A DNA stretch of 62,870 bases, the filler included, from Octopus bimaculoides (taxonomy: Eukaryota): the NCBI RefSeq assembly GCF_001194135.2. It is 4 parts of 4 records of this genome, joined end to end, with 100 filler letters (N's around TTAATTAATTAA, not from the genome) between each part and the next. Parts side by side here need not be neighbours in the genome. Positions count along the whole stretch, not along the records: positions 1 to 27,925 come from NC_068983.1; positions 28,026 to 41,278 come from NC_068991.1; 2 more parts are not named here. One strand, written 5' to 3'. The position numbers and the translations under genes are program-made. Numbering within the stretch: the stretch's first letter is position 1; each line of letters begins with the position of its first letter. Positions 26,617 to 39,633 of the stretch are shown piece after piece. The notes beneath the pieces are model-generated. The model made no database searches and was not told the DNA's origin. It was given only the letters and a program-made list of their open reading frames with translations.

Positions 26617-27556
26617 CTAGCAGTAATACCTGTCATTGATCTGGTAATTACTTTTACTGGTTCTTTGATTTACTCCTGTATATGTGTATTTCATAAGAGA
26701 ATACATTTAATTATTGAAGTAGAAAAATGATTGATGTCATACACGTTCAGTTATTGAGGTATTCATGTTGCATTAAGAGTGAATATTTCTTTATAAACAT
26801 TGGTTTTTGTTTTATTTCGAAGTGCATGAGCAAAAAGATTTGCTTTTGCTCCCACACATGATGCTCCTACATAAAGTTGGCCATGTGTAAAGCATGGTTC
26901 TTCAAGTTGCCACCCAGAAACTTTTGGTGTTTGGCCATGAGTTTTATCAATAATAATCATGGCAAAAGAAAGTGGGATGGGAAACTGTAACTGCTTAAAT
27001 TGGCATGGGACATTAGATGGTATAGCTGATGTAGAAGGAATGAAGACAGTGTCACCTTTATCACAACCAGTGAGAATATTTGCTTCAGTGCAGTTCCTCA
27101 TGAGTTTGTGCACAATTAGTGTTGTGCCATTGCATAATTTTTGTTGAAACAAATTACACAGCTCCTACACATGATGCTCCTACATAAAGTTGATCATTTG
27201 AAAAGCATGGTTCCTCAAGTTGCAATCCAGCAACTTTTAGTGTTTGACCCTGAGTTTTATGAATGCTCATGGCAAAAGAAAGTGGGATAGAAAACTATAA
27301 CTGCTTAAATTAGAATGGCATAGATAGTATAACTGGTATGCGAGGAATGAAGACGGTATCACCTTTACTACAGGCAGTGAAAGTATTTGCACCAGTGCAG
27401 CTCCTCATAAGTTTGTGCACAATTAGTGTTGTACCATTGCATAATTTTTGTTGAGACAAATTAGGCAATAGCATAATAGCTTCCCTTGAACCATTTATTT
27501 AAATTTTGTTGGACAAGCAAACAAACTGACAGAATCTCTTTTATATATATAAAAGA
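26617..27556 (-). mobile_element. Non-autonomous Helitron with helicase remnant and internal tandem duplication
   Basis: 5' TC at 27556, 3' CTAG at 26617, A|T insertion site; LCNGT...QFPIPLSFAM...HGQLYVGAS helicase motifs at 26763-27152, repeated at ~27168-27460. Confidence 0.88.
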
Positions 27557-27925
27557 TATATATATATATATATATAACTTTTATAAGTAATATTCTAAAA
27601 GAAATATTCTAAAAGAATATATAACTGAACTTATGTTGAGTGCTCAATTATCTTGAGCAAATAAATGTGTATATATGTGCTTTTATATCATTAATAAATT
27701 CGTAGAACTCATAAATAATATATTCAGGAAAACAATATTTAATATTTTGAAAGATATACATCCAACATAACATGGTAACATAATAAATTTAAAAGTTTAA
27801 AACATAAATATACGGAATATAAATATGAATACATATAAAAATCTAAAAATAGATATATATATGTTTAAGTATATATGCGTATAAAAATTTATGTATAAAA
27901 ATTTATGTATAAATAAGCATGAATA

Positions 27926-28025
27926 NNNNNNNNNNNNNNNNNNNNNNNNNNNNNNNNNNNNNNNNNNNNTTAATTAATTAANNNNNNNNNNNNNNNNNNN
28001 NNNNNNNNNNNNNNNNNNNNNNNNN
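27926..28025. other. Artificial scaffold join 44N+TTAATTAATTAA+44N
   Basis: Identical 100-bp structure at three places; the palindrome gives stops in all six frames. Confidence 0.95.
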
Positions 28026-28071
28026 ATATACATATATATATACATTATATAGATAGATAGATTTATTTATT

Positions 28072-28117
<46 letters not shown>

Positions 28118-28359
28118 TACATACATGTACATGTACGCATGTATACGCATACACATATGTGAGTGTATGTATTCATGTAGGCATGTGTGTGTATCCATTC
28201 CTACCCACACATACATATTGTACTTTTAAAATATAATATTCTTGTTTAACGCTGACCTTTCAACTTTTGTCATATGTTGTGTGTCTTTCATTTCTCCTTT
28301 TGTCGTCAACATTATTGGAAAATTGCTGTTCATATGGGGAACTCCTTTCTCGCTCGCTC

Positions 28360-28369
<10 letters not shown>

Positions 28370-28391
<22 letters not shown>

Positions 28392-28515
28392 GCTAGGCCT
28401 ATCCTTCCTCTCTCTCTCTCTCTCTTGCTAGGCCTATCCTTTCGCTCTCTCTCTCTTGCTAGGCCTATCCTTTCTCTCTCTCTCTCTTGCTAGGCCTATC
28501 CTTTCTCTCTCTCTT
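28370..28515. repeat. Minisatellite of (TC)n-TTGCTAGGCCTATCC, 4 copies
   Basis: Core at 28390, 28425, 28456, 28487. Confidence 0.9.
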
Positions 28516-31500
28516 TCTTCTCTCTTGCACATACATTCACATAGACACACTCACATAGACATATACATACATACACATACATGTCTATATACACACATAC
28601 GTCTATATACCTACGCACGCACACATACGCATCTAAGATTTCTATGCATTTCTCTTGATGATGATGATGATGAGGATGATGATGATGATGACGACGGCGA
28701 CGATCATGATGATGATGGAAATGCTGCTGCTGGTGATGGTGATGGTGATGGTGATGTTGGTGGTGTAGGGGCAGTGGTGATGGTTGTGGTAACAGTAGTG
28801 GTGGCGGTGGTGGTAGTGGTGATGACGGTGTTGTTGTTTGTGGTAGTGGTGGTAGTAGCGGTGGTGGTGGTGGCGGTGGTGGTGGTGGTGGTGATGGTGA
28901 TGGTTGTGGTGTTGNNNNNNNNNNNNNNNNNNNNNNNNNNNNNNNNNNNNNNNNNNNNNNNNNNNNNNNNNNNNNNNNNNNNNNNNNNNNNNNNNNNNNN
29001 NNNNNNNNNNNNNNNNNNNNNNNNNNNNNNNNNNNNNNNNNNNNNNNNNNNNNNNNNNNNNNNNNNNNNNNNNNNNNNNNNNNNNNNNNNNNNNNNNNNN
29101 NNNNNNNNNNNNNNNNNNNNNNNNNNNNNNNNNNNNNNNNNNNNNNNNNNNNNNNNNNNNNNNNNNNNNNNNNNNNNNNNNNNNNNNNNNNNNNNNNNNN
29201 NNNNNNNNNNNNNNNNNNNNNNNNNNNNNNNNNNNNNNNNNNNNNNNNNNNNNNNNNNNNNNNNNNNNNNNNNNNNNNNNNNNNNNNNNNNNNNNNNNNN
29301 NNNNNNNNNNNNNNNNNNNNNNNNNNNNNNNNNNNNNNNNNNNNNNNNNNNNNNNNNNNNNNNNNNNNNNNNNNNNNNNNNNNNNNNNNNNNNNNNNNNN
29401 NNNNNNNNNNNNNNNNNNNNNNNNNNNNNNNNNNNNNNNNNNNNNNNNNNNNNNNNNNNNNNNNNNNNNNNNNNNNNNNNNNNNNNNNNNNNNNNNNNNN
29501 NNNNNNNNNNNNNNNNNNNNNNNNNNNNNNNNNGTGTTGGTGGTGGTGGTGGTGGTGGTGGTGGTGCTACTCATGATGATGGAGGTGTTGGTCTTGGTGG
29601 TGGTGCTGGTGGTAGTAGTGGTGATAGTGATGAATTGGTAGAGAAACATTCGTAGGTGTTAGTATTGGTTGCTAATATTGCTGGTGCTGTTGTTGTTGTT
29701 GTTGTTGTTGTTAGTGGTAGTAGTGGTGGCGGTGATGGTAGTAATAATGTTGTTATTGTACTACTGTATTGTTAATAACCTATTGAGCTGGGACTAATCG
29801 GTAAAATTTCACACATCAAAGAGTCATCAGTTGCCAATTTTACAGTCGTGGGGCGAGGCTTAATGGTGGTGAAAAAATGGAGTGAGGTTGGCGGTGGTGA
29901 TACTTACGGTGGTGTTGGCGACGACGGTGGTAGTTGAGGTGGTATTGATGTTGTTGGTGTTGTTGGTGGGGATGGCAGTGGTAGTGGTGATTATAATGGT
30001 GGTGGTGGAAGTGGTGGTGGTGGTGGTGGTGGTGGTGGTGGTTTTGCGGTTGTTGGCGTTGTTGCTTATGGATAAAACAACGACGAAGAGGAGATACGAA
30101 AATGTTTGTTCCTCTTTGCTTTTACATTTTCTTTCCTTTCCTTGCTTTTTCTCTCTTTTTGTCCTCCCCTNNNNNNNNNNNNNNNNNNNNNNNNNNNNNN
30201 NNNNNNNNNNNNNNNNNNNNNNNNNNNNNNNNNNNNNNNNNNNNNNNNNNNNNNNNNNNNNNNNNNNNNNNNNNNNNNNNNNNNNNNNNNNNNNNNNNNN
30301 NNNNNNNNNNNNNNNNNNNNNNNNNNNNNNNNNNNNNNNNNNNNNNNNNNNNNNNNNNNNNNNNNNNNNNNNNNNNNNNNNNNNNNNNNNNNNNNNNNNN
30401 NNNNNNNNNNNNNNNNNNNNNNNNNNNNNNNNNNNNNNNNNNNNNNNNNNNNNNNNNNNNNNNNNNNNNNNNNNNNNNNNNNNNNNNNNNNNNNNNNNNN
30501 NNNNNNNNNNNNNNNNNNNNNNNNTTTATAGATCCCGAAAGGATAAAAAGCAAAATCAACCTCGACGGAATTTGAACTCAGAACGAAAAGACGGTCGAAA
30601 TGCCGCTAAACATTTTCCCCGACGTGCTGACGATTCTACCAACTCGCCACTGTTGTCAAGAAATTAATAACCTTTTCAATTTTTGGCACAAGGCCAGCAA
30701 TTCCGGGGGAAGAGGAGGTCTATTAAATTGAACCCCAGTGCTCAAATGCTACTTATTTTATTGACCTCGAAAGAATGAAAGAGAAAGTCAATCTCGGCGG
30801 AATTTGAACTTAGAACGTGAAGATGAACGAAATGCCGCCAAGCTTTTTGTCCGGTGTGCTAACCATTCTGCCAGCTCGCCGCCTTATTTCTAGAAATTGA
30901 TAATAATCCTTTCTGCTATAGTTACAAGGCCTGAAATTTCGGGGGAGAGGATGAGTCGATTACATCGACCCTAGTACGCAACTGGTACTTATTTTATCGA
31001 TCTTGAAAGGATGAAAGGCAGAGAACAAACCTAGCTCTTTTCTATGCAGTAGGTTTCGGAGAAAAGTTTGAAAATAGGAGTCCTCCGAGTAGCACTTTTA
31101 AAGGAATTGCAGAAAAAGAAAAGTTGAAAATATCAAGGTTGCCCTACCATATTTAGTCATTTATTGGGACTCGAAGTTTGAACATGGTTCAAAAGGAAAG
31201 CTAACAGAATGACTGACACCTGATCGTCTCAGGTTTCCCCAAACAAAATATATTAAACAGAGTTTTAGTTTAGCCGGGACGGAAGGTGCAACGTGGTGAA
31301 GTAATCACGTAAAAACAACCTACGAAACAATGCAGGAATTGTACATTGGATTGTACTACAAGAAAGTTTAGCTTTCGAAGACATTGTAAACTTGCAAGTT
31401 TTTTGTGGTGCAGCTAAAAAAAAGCTTTACCTTCATAATTGGCATCATTCTTTCTGAGAGAATTTTGAATAAAACTGTTCATACTTTGGACTATGTAGCA

Positions 31501-32251
31501 GAACAACAATTCCCAAAAGTTATTCATTCAGAAATTTCCGAATTAAGTGAGAAAACTGATAATCAAAAATGCACCAAGTGTTGTTTATAAAGAACAGAAT
31601 GTTTTGTTGTAGTATCAAGATATTTTGTAACGAGAAGATAGGTTGCTCCCATTAAAATATATTATTCGGCTTTTATAGGCCTATTTCCACGAAGCTAGTA
31701 GTAACTCCTGTTTCATATTCAACAAAATTTGCAAGATTCCTTTTTAAATTAAACTTTAAGGCCATTTTCTATAACACGTAAAACGTTATTGTACAAGAAG
31801 GGTTGTTGTACATCAATGAATATTGTCCTTTCTTCCCGCAACAAGCAGAATAAATATCAACTCTAAATAAATAGCTATACTTTCGAAAAGTTGGAAACAC
31901 TTATAACATTTGGCCACCCTTGGAGTGGAAGTTCGAATTTGACCCAACGCCCTGTAAAGGAGATAAACACTGATCAAACGACTTGATGTTTGATATGAAG
32001 AGGGTTGAGTTTGTAGAGATTTGTTCCCAGATATAAAAGACAACACAGATTGGCTCACTGTAATATACAGATCTGTGTGAGTGTATGTGTGTGTGTATTT
32101 ACATATATATATTTGCACATATTTGCATACAGACACAGACTCATGTATATTTGTCTCATTATATTACTTTTCTATACAGGTATGCATATATATTAATCTG
32201 CGAGTGCGTACGTGTGTGTGTGCGCGCGAGCGTCTCTGTGTGCGTGCCTCT

Positions 32252-32283
<32 letters not shown>

Positions 32284-32567
32284 ATGCGTGTATGTATTTC
32301 CAAGAGGTAAACCACGCGCACCATTTAATATCGGTGGTTACGTTATCCAATAGGTCCTTTATTTAAAACGGTGGGGAGAAATTTGATTTCTATTTCTAGC
32401 AGGTCGAACAACTATTTTATACACAGACATACAGACACAGACATGCATACATATATCCATCCATGCACATGTGTGTGTGCATGTATGTTTATAAATGCGC
32501 ACACACACACATACACACACACACACATACACACACATACACATACACACACACACANNNNNNNNNN

Positions 32568-32647
<80 letters not shown>

Positions 32648-32843
32648 GCACACGTCTACCTGTCTATTTCACTACGTCTCGCATGTATATATATACAAAT
32701 TTATACACAGACACATACACACACACACACACAAAACATGATGCACTAAATAATCACCATACACAAAATTAATTGTCTATGCCAAACGTGTGTTTGCCCT
32801 ATACATACATATATATGTATATGTGTATATATGTGTGTGACTG

Positions 32844-32884
<41 letters not shown>

Positions 32885-32928
32885 GTATGTATATGTATTT
32901 CTATGCATGTGTGTATGTGTGAGTATAT

Positions 32929-33005
<77 letters not shown>

Positions 33006-33505
33006 CAAATTGAATTAGATTCTAATGAATTCGATAATATTTATTACAGATGATGTCCTACGGGTAGAATCCATTGTGGAATATTAGTGTAAGTTGATAA
33101 ATATTTCTTCTGCAATCTGCAATATCAAATGAAAGTATGGCGACCATATTATCAAGGATATCACTTACATTTCAATGTCGTGAAATTTTCTAGTTTATCC
33201 GGTCATCAAAGAAATCCCTTTACAGAACAGCCCTGCACATTTATTACCGGTTCTTTGTACATTCGTACATGTATGTATGTATGCATGTATGTATGTATGT
33301 ATGTATGTATGTATGCCCGTATGTATGTATGTATGCACGTATGTATGTATGTATGCATGTATGTATGTATGTTTGTATGAAAATGTATGTATGTATGTTT
33401 CTATGTAAGTAGGTATGTATGTATTTATGTATGTATTTATGTATATATGTATGTATGTATGTATGTACATGAATATATACATATGTGTGTGTTGTGTGTT
33501 GCCGT

Positions 33506-33540
<35 letters not shown>

Positions 33541-34214
33541 GTGGTCGTGGTCGTGGTCGTCGTCGTCGTCGTCGTCCTCGTGGTGGTGGTCGTGGCGGTC
33601 GTGGCGGTCGTGGTGGTGGTGCTGATGATGGTGGTGATGGTGGTGGTGGTGGTACTGATGGTGGTGGTGATGGTGGTGATGGTGGTGGTGGTGCTGATGG
33701 TGGTGGTGATGGTGGTGGTGATGGTGGTGGTGGTCGTGGTGGAAGCGGCGGTGGTAAAGATGATCTCTGCGATGACGTAAGCGACGGCTACGACGAAGTC
33801 GACTTTTATGATGACGCCAGAATTGGGTTTGTTATCCTTTTCTCCCTGTTGTTGATTGACGTTCTTGATTCACATTGTCGTTTAACTTTATTTGACATTG
33901 TTGCTTGACGATAGTCGACGTTGTTATTTACGTTGTTATTGTTGGACGTTGTTATTTTTGGACGTTGTTATCTGACGATGTTTGACGTCGTTGTTTGATG
34001 ATATTGTTAGTTGATGTTCTTGTTGACGTTTTGTTACGACTGCTGTTGCAGTGCTATTGCGCCATATTAACACTGACCGATTGGATCTGTGTTTATAACA
34101 ACGGTCCAACCGTGTCCATTCCCTTTGATTGAGAATGACCAGGACCATGTCACATACTATATCCTTCACCAGACTTCTATTTTACATTCTTACTAACTTC
34201 CTTACAAACTTTAT

Positions 34215-34833
34215 TATCGTTATTGTTATTAGAGCATTGGGCATGATAAAAAAAAATCATATGCACAAAAATGTAGAAGCTATACCTGGATCCTCAACAC
34301 TACACACTGTCCAAAAAAATAGCCCTGTTAGGAACAGCCCACATTCGACGCAAGACACTATCAATCCAATAATACAACCTAAACAAAACAACCCACAAAT
34401 GCAAGACACACTCTATACAGCATTTACTCAGTGAAAATAAACTCCCACCAGCAAGCTAGAAAACCAAAGCATTACACACTCAACACATAATACAAGCAGT
34501 AACACAACAAAAGACAGCACCACACCTGAAGGAAAAAAATACAGTACCGGGAAGAGTTCGCACACTCAACAGTAAAAAAAGACCACACAATGCTGCACAC
34601 CCCACAGAAACACGGTGTAGCAGGTGATGGGACCAGTTCAAAAAGAGCAATATACTGGCATCAAAAGCTGCAAATATCAGACTTTTTAGGAAGTAATCAG
34701 ACGGTATTTATACTTGGAATACCTCATGTGTCGAGGAAAGTGTTGCGCTTCTAAGCAGCGAGCTGGAGCTGAGACGTGACAGTGACATAGATAAATCAGG
34801 AGAAGTTAAGTGAATACAAACGATAATAATAAC
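34215..34833 (+). mobile_element. R4/Dong-like (REL endonuclease) LINE 3' end
   Basis: ALGMIKK...IPG....TVQK.ALLGTAHI.RK.L C-terminal pattern (frameshifted), ending in a TAA-rich tail. Confidence 0.55.
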
Positions 34834-36087
34834 CCTTTCTACTATAGACGCAAGGTCTGAAATTTAGAGGAGAGACATAGTCGATTACATCGACCCCAGT
34901 GATCAACTCATGCTTATTTCATTGACCTCGAAAAAATGAGAGGCAAAGTCAACCTCACCGGAATTTGAATTCAGAACGTAAAGATGGACGAAATGGCGCT
35001 AAGCATTTTGCCCTGCGTGCAGAGTTCTGAGTCCAAATGCCGTCGTGGTTGACTTTACCATTCATTCTTTCGGGGTCGATAAAATAAGTACCAGTTGAAC
35101 ACCGGAGTCAATATAATCGACTTACTCTCTTCTCTAACTTACTGACCTTGTGCCAAAATTTGAAACCATAACTATTGAAGACGTTGCACAGTATCCAATA
35201 TTGTAATATAGATTGAAGATATTGTGTGTACCGGGAGATTGTACTGTCTGTCAAGTCATAACAAAGACATCTTGCACATAGAAAGGAAAGACAAAGTCGC
35301 CAACATTTCTGGAGGAATCGTTAGCGCGCTGGACGAAATGCTTAGCGTTATTTCGCCCGTCGCTACGCTCTGAGTTCAAATTCCGCTGAGGTCGACTTTG
35401 TCTTTCATCATTTCGGGGTTGATAAAATAAGTACCAGTTGAACACTGGGGTCGATGTAATNNNNNNNNNNTAGTCCCCTCCCCAAAAATTGCTACCCTTG
35501 TGGCAAAATTTGAAACCATTATTATTATTATTATTATTATTCCATTGAATATTTTCGACAAGCATTTGGTGTTTCCTTACAGCTGCTCAGACAACAACAT
35601 GTTTTAGGGTTAAGTGACTTGACCGAAATTTATTAAGGAGCCAGACAGACGAAGGACGAATAGTCTCCTTTTCATTTTGACAAGCCAACACATTATACTC
35701 TTAGCAATAACCCTATTAACACAGGACAGATCTACTTTCAAGAGAAAAGCCGCTAATTAAAACCCTTAAATCTTACCATCTTATTAACTTTGTCGATTAT
35801 CCTTCTCCCAATTCACCCACCACTCACAACAGAAATTACGTAGTTTTAATTCCGTCGATTGATTATACATTAGATAGCTTATAGGTCACACAAAAGCATG
35901 TATAGGTTCATACAAGCACAAAGGGGGCGAAAAAACGATGTAGTTTATGACAAGGGTGTCAAATATACAGGCTGTAGCCTCGGTTGTGGCCCGCGACAAT
36001 ATGCAGTCTGGTACTTCACCATCACCAACACATTTTTTTTTTTTACATTATTTATATTATTTACATTTGACGGATATTTGTCCTCAT

Positions 36088-36129
36088 CAACGTTTCGGCT
36101 GATATACGCTCCAGCCTTCATCAGGTGTC
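36088..36129 (-). ncRNA. Minimal hammerhead ribozyme (core intact, 3' strand of stem I deleted)
   Basis: GACAC-CTGATGA-A-GGCTG-gagcgtatat-CAGCC-GAAAC-GTTG on the - strand. Confidence 0.72.
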
Positions 36130-37162
36130 TTGGGGAAATTTCGAGCCTGGGTTCCCATTTCTATGGTATTTTTCGATGTTGTTATTATTACTATTATTTT
36201 TTTTTCAGATCACTGCCTGGAATCGAATTCGGAATCTTGGGGTTAATAGCCCGTGCTCTTAACCACTACGTCATATGCCCATGGGCAATTATAGAGTGAA
36301 TTTCTAGGGCTTATAAATGTAATATTTTCCTATCCTTCCTTAATACCGGTTCCCATATGTTATTCACATCTGCACTCGGTCTGCTTAGGAGGTTGTTGTA
36401 TCCTAGCATATGTGCTGCCTCTTTTAGTTTTCGTATTTTCCAGTGATGTTCTCTATCTATATAGTGTAAAGAGAGGAATTTCCCAGTGCCTAAAACATCG
36501 ACCAAAGAATATAAGTAGCGATCGTGATACCCACCACGAAGTAATGATCAAGCTTAGTAACAATCTATTAAGCAACAACTACCCCCCAAAACATAGTATC
36601 TACTCCAATTATGGAGAACAGAGAGGATGAAACCAATAAACTGTCTACATTCTGTCTACCCTCTGTGAAAGGGCTCTCCGAAAAGATACAAAGGATCTGT
36701 GGCCCATATGCCACCAGGACAGTATTCAAGATTAATACAACACTTCGCAAATATCTCTTTCGGGTAAAAACCACCAATAGAAGAGAATGTGACCAAAAAC
36801 TGCGTGTACTCCATCCCACGCAGCTGTGGTAGATTATATAAAAGCGAAACATGCCGCCCCTTCAAAATAAGGTTAGAGGAACATCGCAAAGCTGTGACAC
36901 GAGGAGATATTGATAAATCGGGTATAACTGATCATGTATGGAAAAATGGAGGCCACCTCCCCCTTTGGGATGAAGTTAAAATAATACACAGAGAATATCA
37001 CTGGAAAATACGAAAACTAAAAGAGGCAGCACGTATGCTACGACACAACAACCTCCTAAGCAGACCAAGTGCAGATATGAATAGCATATGGGAACTTGTA
37101 TTAAGGAAGGATAGGAGAATATTAGATTTATAAGCCCTAAAATTCACTCCGTAATTGCTCAC

Positions 37163-37236
37163 GGGCATATGACTTAGTGATTAAGAGCGCGGGCTATTAA
37201 CCCCAAGATTCCGAGTTCCATTCCAGGCAGTAACCT
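37163..37236 (+). promoter_or_regulatory. tRNA-like Pol III A/B-box segment in the PLE terminal repeat (other copies 12480-12545 +, 36206-36280 -, 59198-59272 +)
   Basis: Consensus of four copies: A box TGGCGTAGTGG, anticodon-arm-like GGG-CTATTAA-CCC, B box GAGTTCGATTCC. Confidence 0.75.
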
Positions 37237-37530
37237 GAATAATAACATCGAAAATATACCTTCGGAATGAGAACTCGGGTTCGAAATTTTCACAACACAC
37301 CTCAAGACGTCTGGAGGGTATATCAACCGAAATGTTTTGTTAACAACAAACAAGATGAGGACAAGTATCCGTCAAATGTAAATGAAGTGCATTATTCCTT
37401 ATCTCTTAAATATAGAACTGTATTACGTTTTCTTTTTCTTTTTCTTAATCGTTCCATTCTATGTAAATCCACGTAATTAATATCTGTTTTTGGATCTCCC
37501 CTTATCCGTCGCCCTGGAAGCAAATATAGG

Positions 37531-37605
<75 letters not shown>

Positions 37606-38290
37606 TTACTGGGTTCAAATTCCACCGAGATCGACTTTTCATTTCGTTCTTCCGTGGTTCATGAAATAAGTACAAGTTGAGTACAGGGAAAGCTGTAATA
37701 AACTATCTCCCTCCTCCAAATTTCAGGCCTTGTGCCGAAGTAGAAACGATGATTATCACAGTTATTATTGAGTGAGAGAGCAGTGCATACCATCAAAATG
37801 ACATTGGAGTAAAATATACGAAGCCCAGTATACCCATCATGACTACCCGTCTGATAAGGGTACACCAGGTACATGTATCACAACCAAATGTACACAACAT
37901 GGTATTCTATGCTGTTGAGGTCGTCTTTGTCTTTCATCCTTGCGGGGTCGATAAATTAAGTACCAGTGAAACACTGGGGTCGATGTAATCGTCAGGTCAC
38001 CTCCCCCATAATTTCAGGCCTTCTGCCTATTGTAGAAAGGATTCTGTTACGTGTTACAGCACTAAGGCTGTGGCCGGCGAGCTGTCAGAATCATTAGCAC
38101 GCCGGGCGAAATGCTTAGCCGTATTACGTCTGCTGCTACGTTCTGAGTTCAAATTCCGCCGAGGTCGACTTTGCCTTTCATCCTTTCGGGGTCGATAAAT
38201 TAAGTACCAGTTGAGTAGTGAGGTCGATGTAATCAACTGCCCCGCCCCCAAATTTCAGGAATTGTGCCTATAGTAGAAAGGATTATTATT
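37606..38290 (+). mobile_element. tRNA-derived SINE family cluster; other copies ~30525-31020 (-), 34833-35170, 35320-35525, 52815-53005 (-), 57720-58145 (-)
   Basis: Shared gagttcaaattccgccgaggtcgactttgcctttcatcctttcggggtcgataaa..gtaccag core containing a B box. Confidence 0.85.
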
Positions 38291-38596
38291 ATGTTTTTTT
38301 TTTTCTTTCTTCAAATTTTCTTCCATTTCTCGCCGATTGTTTTCCGCGCACCTAGGGCAGAGAAGCTCATTGTATGCATTCCCAGTTTACACACGCAAAT
38401 CCACAGGTAAAATATGTATGTAATAAAAAAAAAAAGATTAATCAATAAATTCATGAATGGATGTTGTTTTCACAGAGATAATGCTCTTCTCACTACATGA
38501 GTCGTTCCACTTAACACGATTTTTTGCACTTCCTATAGGGATGGTAGGCCTGGTATCATTTTCAAATAGGTTTCAGTAACTTTTATTTTATTATTA

Positions 38597-38663
<67 letters not shown>

Positions 38664-38829
38664 GAACTTTCTTTAAATATTACTATTTCTTTCTTTTTCG
38701 TTTTTGGAATGTTGGATCTTGAAGCAGATAAGCGTGTTGAGATTGGGATAGGAAAACCCCTTTGGATAAAAAAAAACAAAAAAAAAATTCGTTACCGTTT
38801 AATTTTAAAATATTTCTATAAAAATATAT

Positions 38830-39495
38830 ATCGCTAACATGACTAAAGTTATGATAACACAGCTTCCGATTAATGAAATCACTGCAGCTTCGGCGATTTT
38901 AATGACATTATGGATCCATATATTACAGGATGTGCCCGATTTCCCTTTGACACCGAACGAAACGGTAGTTTTATTTATTTATTTATTCATTCATTCATTT
39001 ATTTACTTATTGGAGTGGCCATTCAAATCTGCATAAGTGTTCGGCTGAAAGGCTTTGAGTGATACGAACGATATTGAAAGGCTTTGCATTTAAAGCATTG
39101 AATATCACAAACATTGATCTTCTCAAGAATCAGTGCATTCATTTAGATCATTTCTGTTTCCATTCACGCTGTTAGGATTTTTATATAATAGGATTGTACG
39201 TGTACCTCTCACTGGATGGAGCTCTTTTTTTTTTTGTTTGTTTGCTGATCTTACCTTAACTAAGAAGTATGAAGGCACGCTGGCAAAACGCTGCACCTCT
39301 GAATGGAATCCTTACCAGTCATTGTGGTTTTGTGGCACGAAGCAAAGCAGGCCTCGTTGTCCACTCAAGAAAACACAGTAAATAATCCACAAATACTCAA
39401 GCAATCTGAGTCCCTAACTTGTTCCATTTTCCAAAAGGTTTGCAAAGGACCGGCAGCCCTCAAGAGATACATTTGTGTCTATAGAACATGATCAA
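38830..39495 (+). mobile_element. Decayed RTE-like LINE 3' end
   Basis: LTCSIFQKVCKGPAALKRY degenerate C2H2-like C-terminus. Confidence 0.4.
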
Positions 39496-39548
39496 CGCTT
39501 TATTTTACTGAATCCCCTTTTGTCGTTCACGACAAGAGAGGCCATCAT

Positions 39549-39588
<40 letters not shown>

Positions 39589-39589
39589 G

Positions 39590-39633
<44 letters not shown>

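Larger units (their letters stand above)
36046..37420 (+). mobile_element. Penelope-like retroelement, 5'-truncated, with an inverted copy of its 3' end
   Basis: + strand frameshifted linker/GIY-YIG ORF (NCVYSIP..CGRLY..ET.RPFKIRLEEH...KIRKLKEAA) 36468-37133; - strand copy of the same C-terminus and terminal repeat at 36046-36462. Confidence 0.92.

Noticed and set aside
28456-30667. Long ORFs of 245-399 aa (poly-V, poly-D, poly-H)
   Set aside because: They run through N gaps and GAT/GGT triplet tracts; not evidence of coding
31300-32040. Possible RTE LINE remnant (INSYTFEKLETL)
   Set aside because: Too degenerate to place with confidence
33387-33908. 173-aa Asp/Gly/Arg-rich ORF
   Set aside because: Translation of GTAT, GAT, CGT and GGT microsatellites; no splice or domain support
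37163-37236. Functional tRNA gene
   Set aside because: No acceptor-stem pairing, copies diverge, and it is embedded in a mobile repeat; the same applies to the SINE heads at 58578 and 38070
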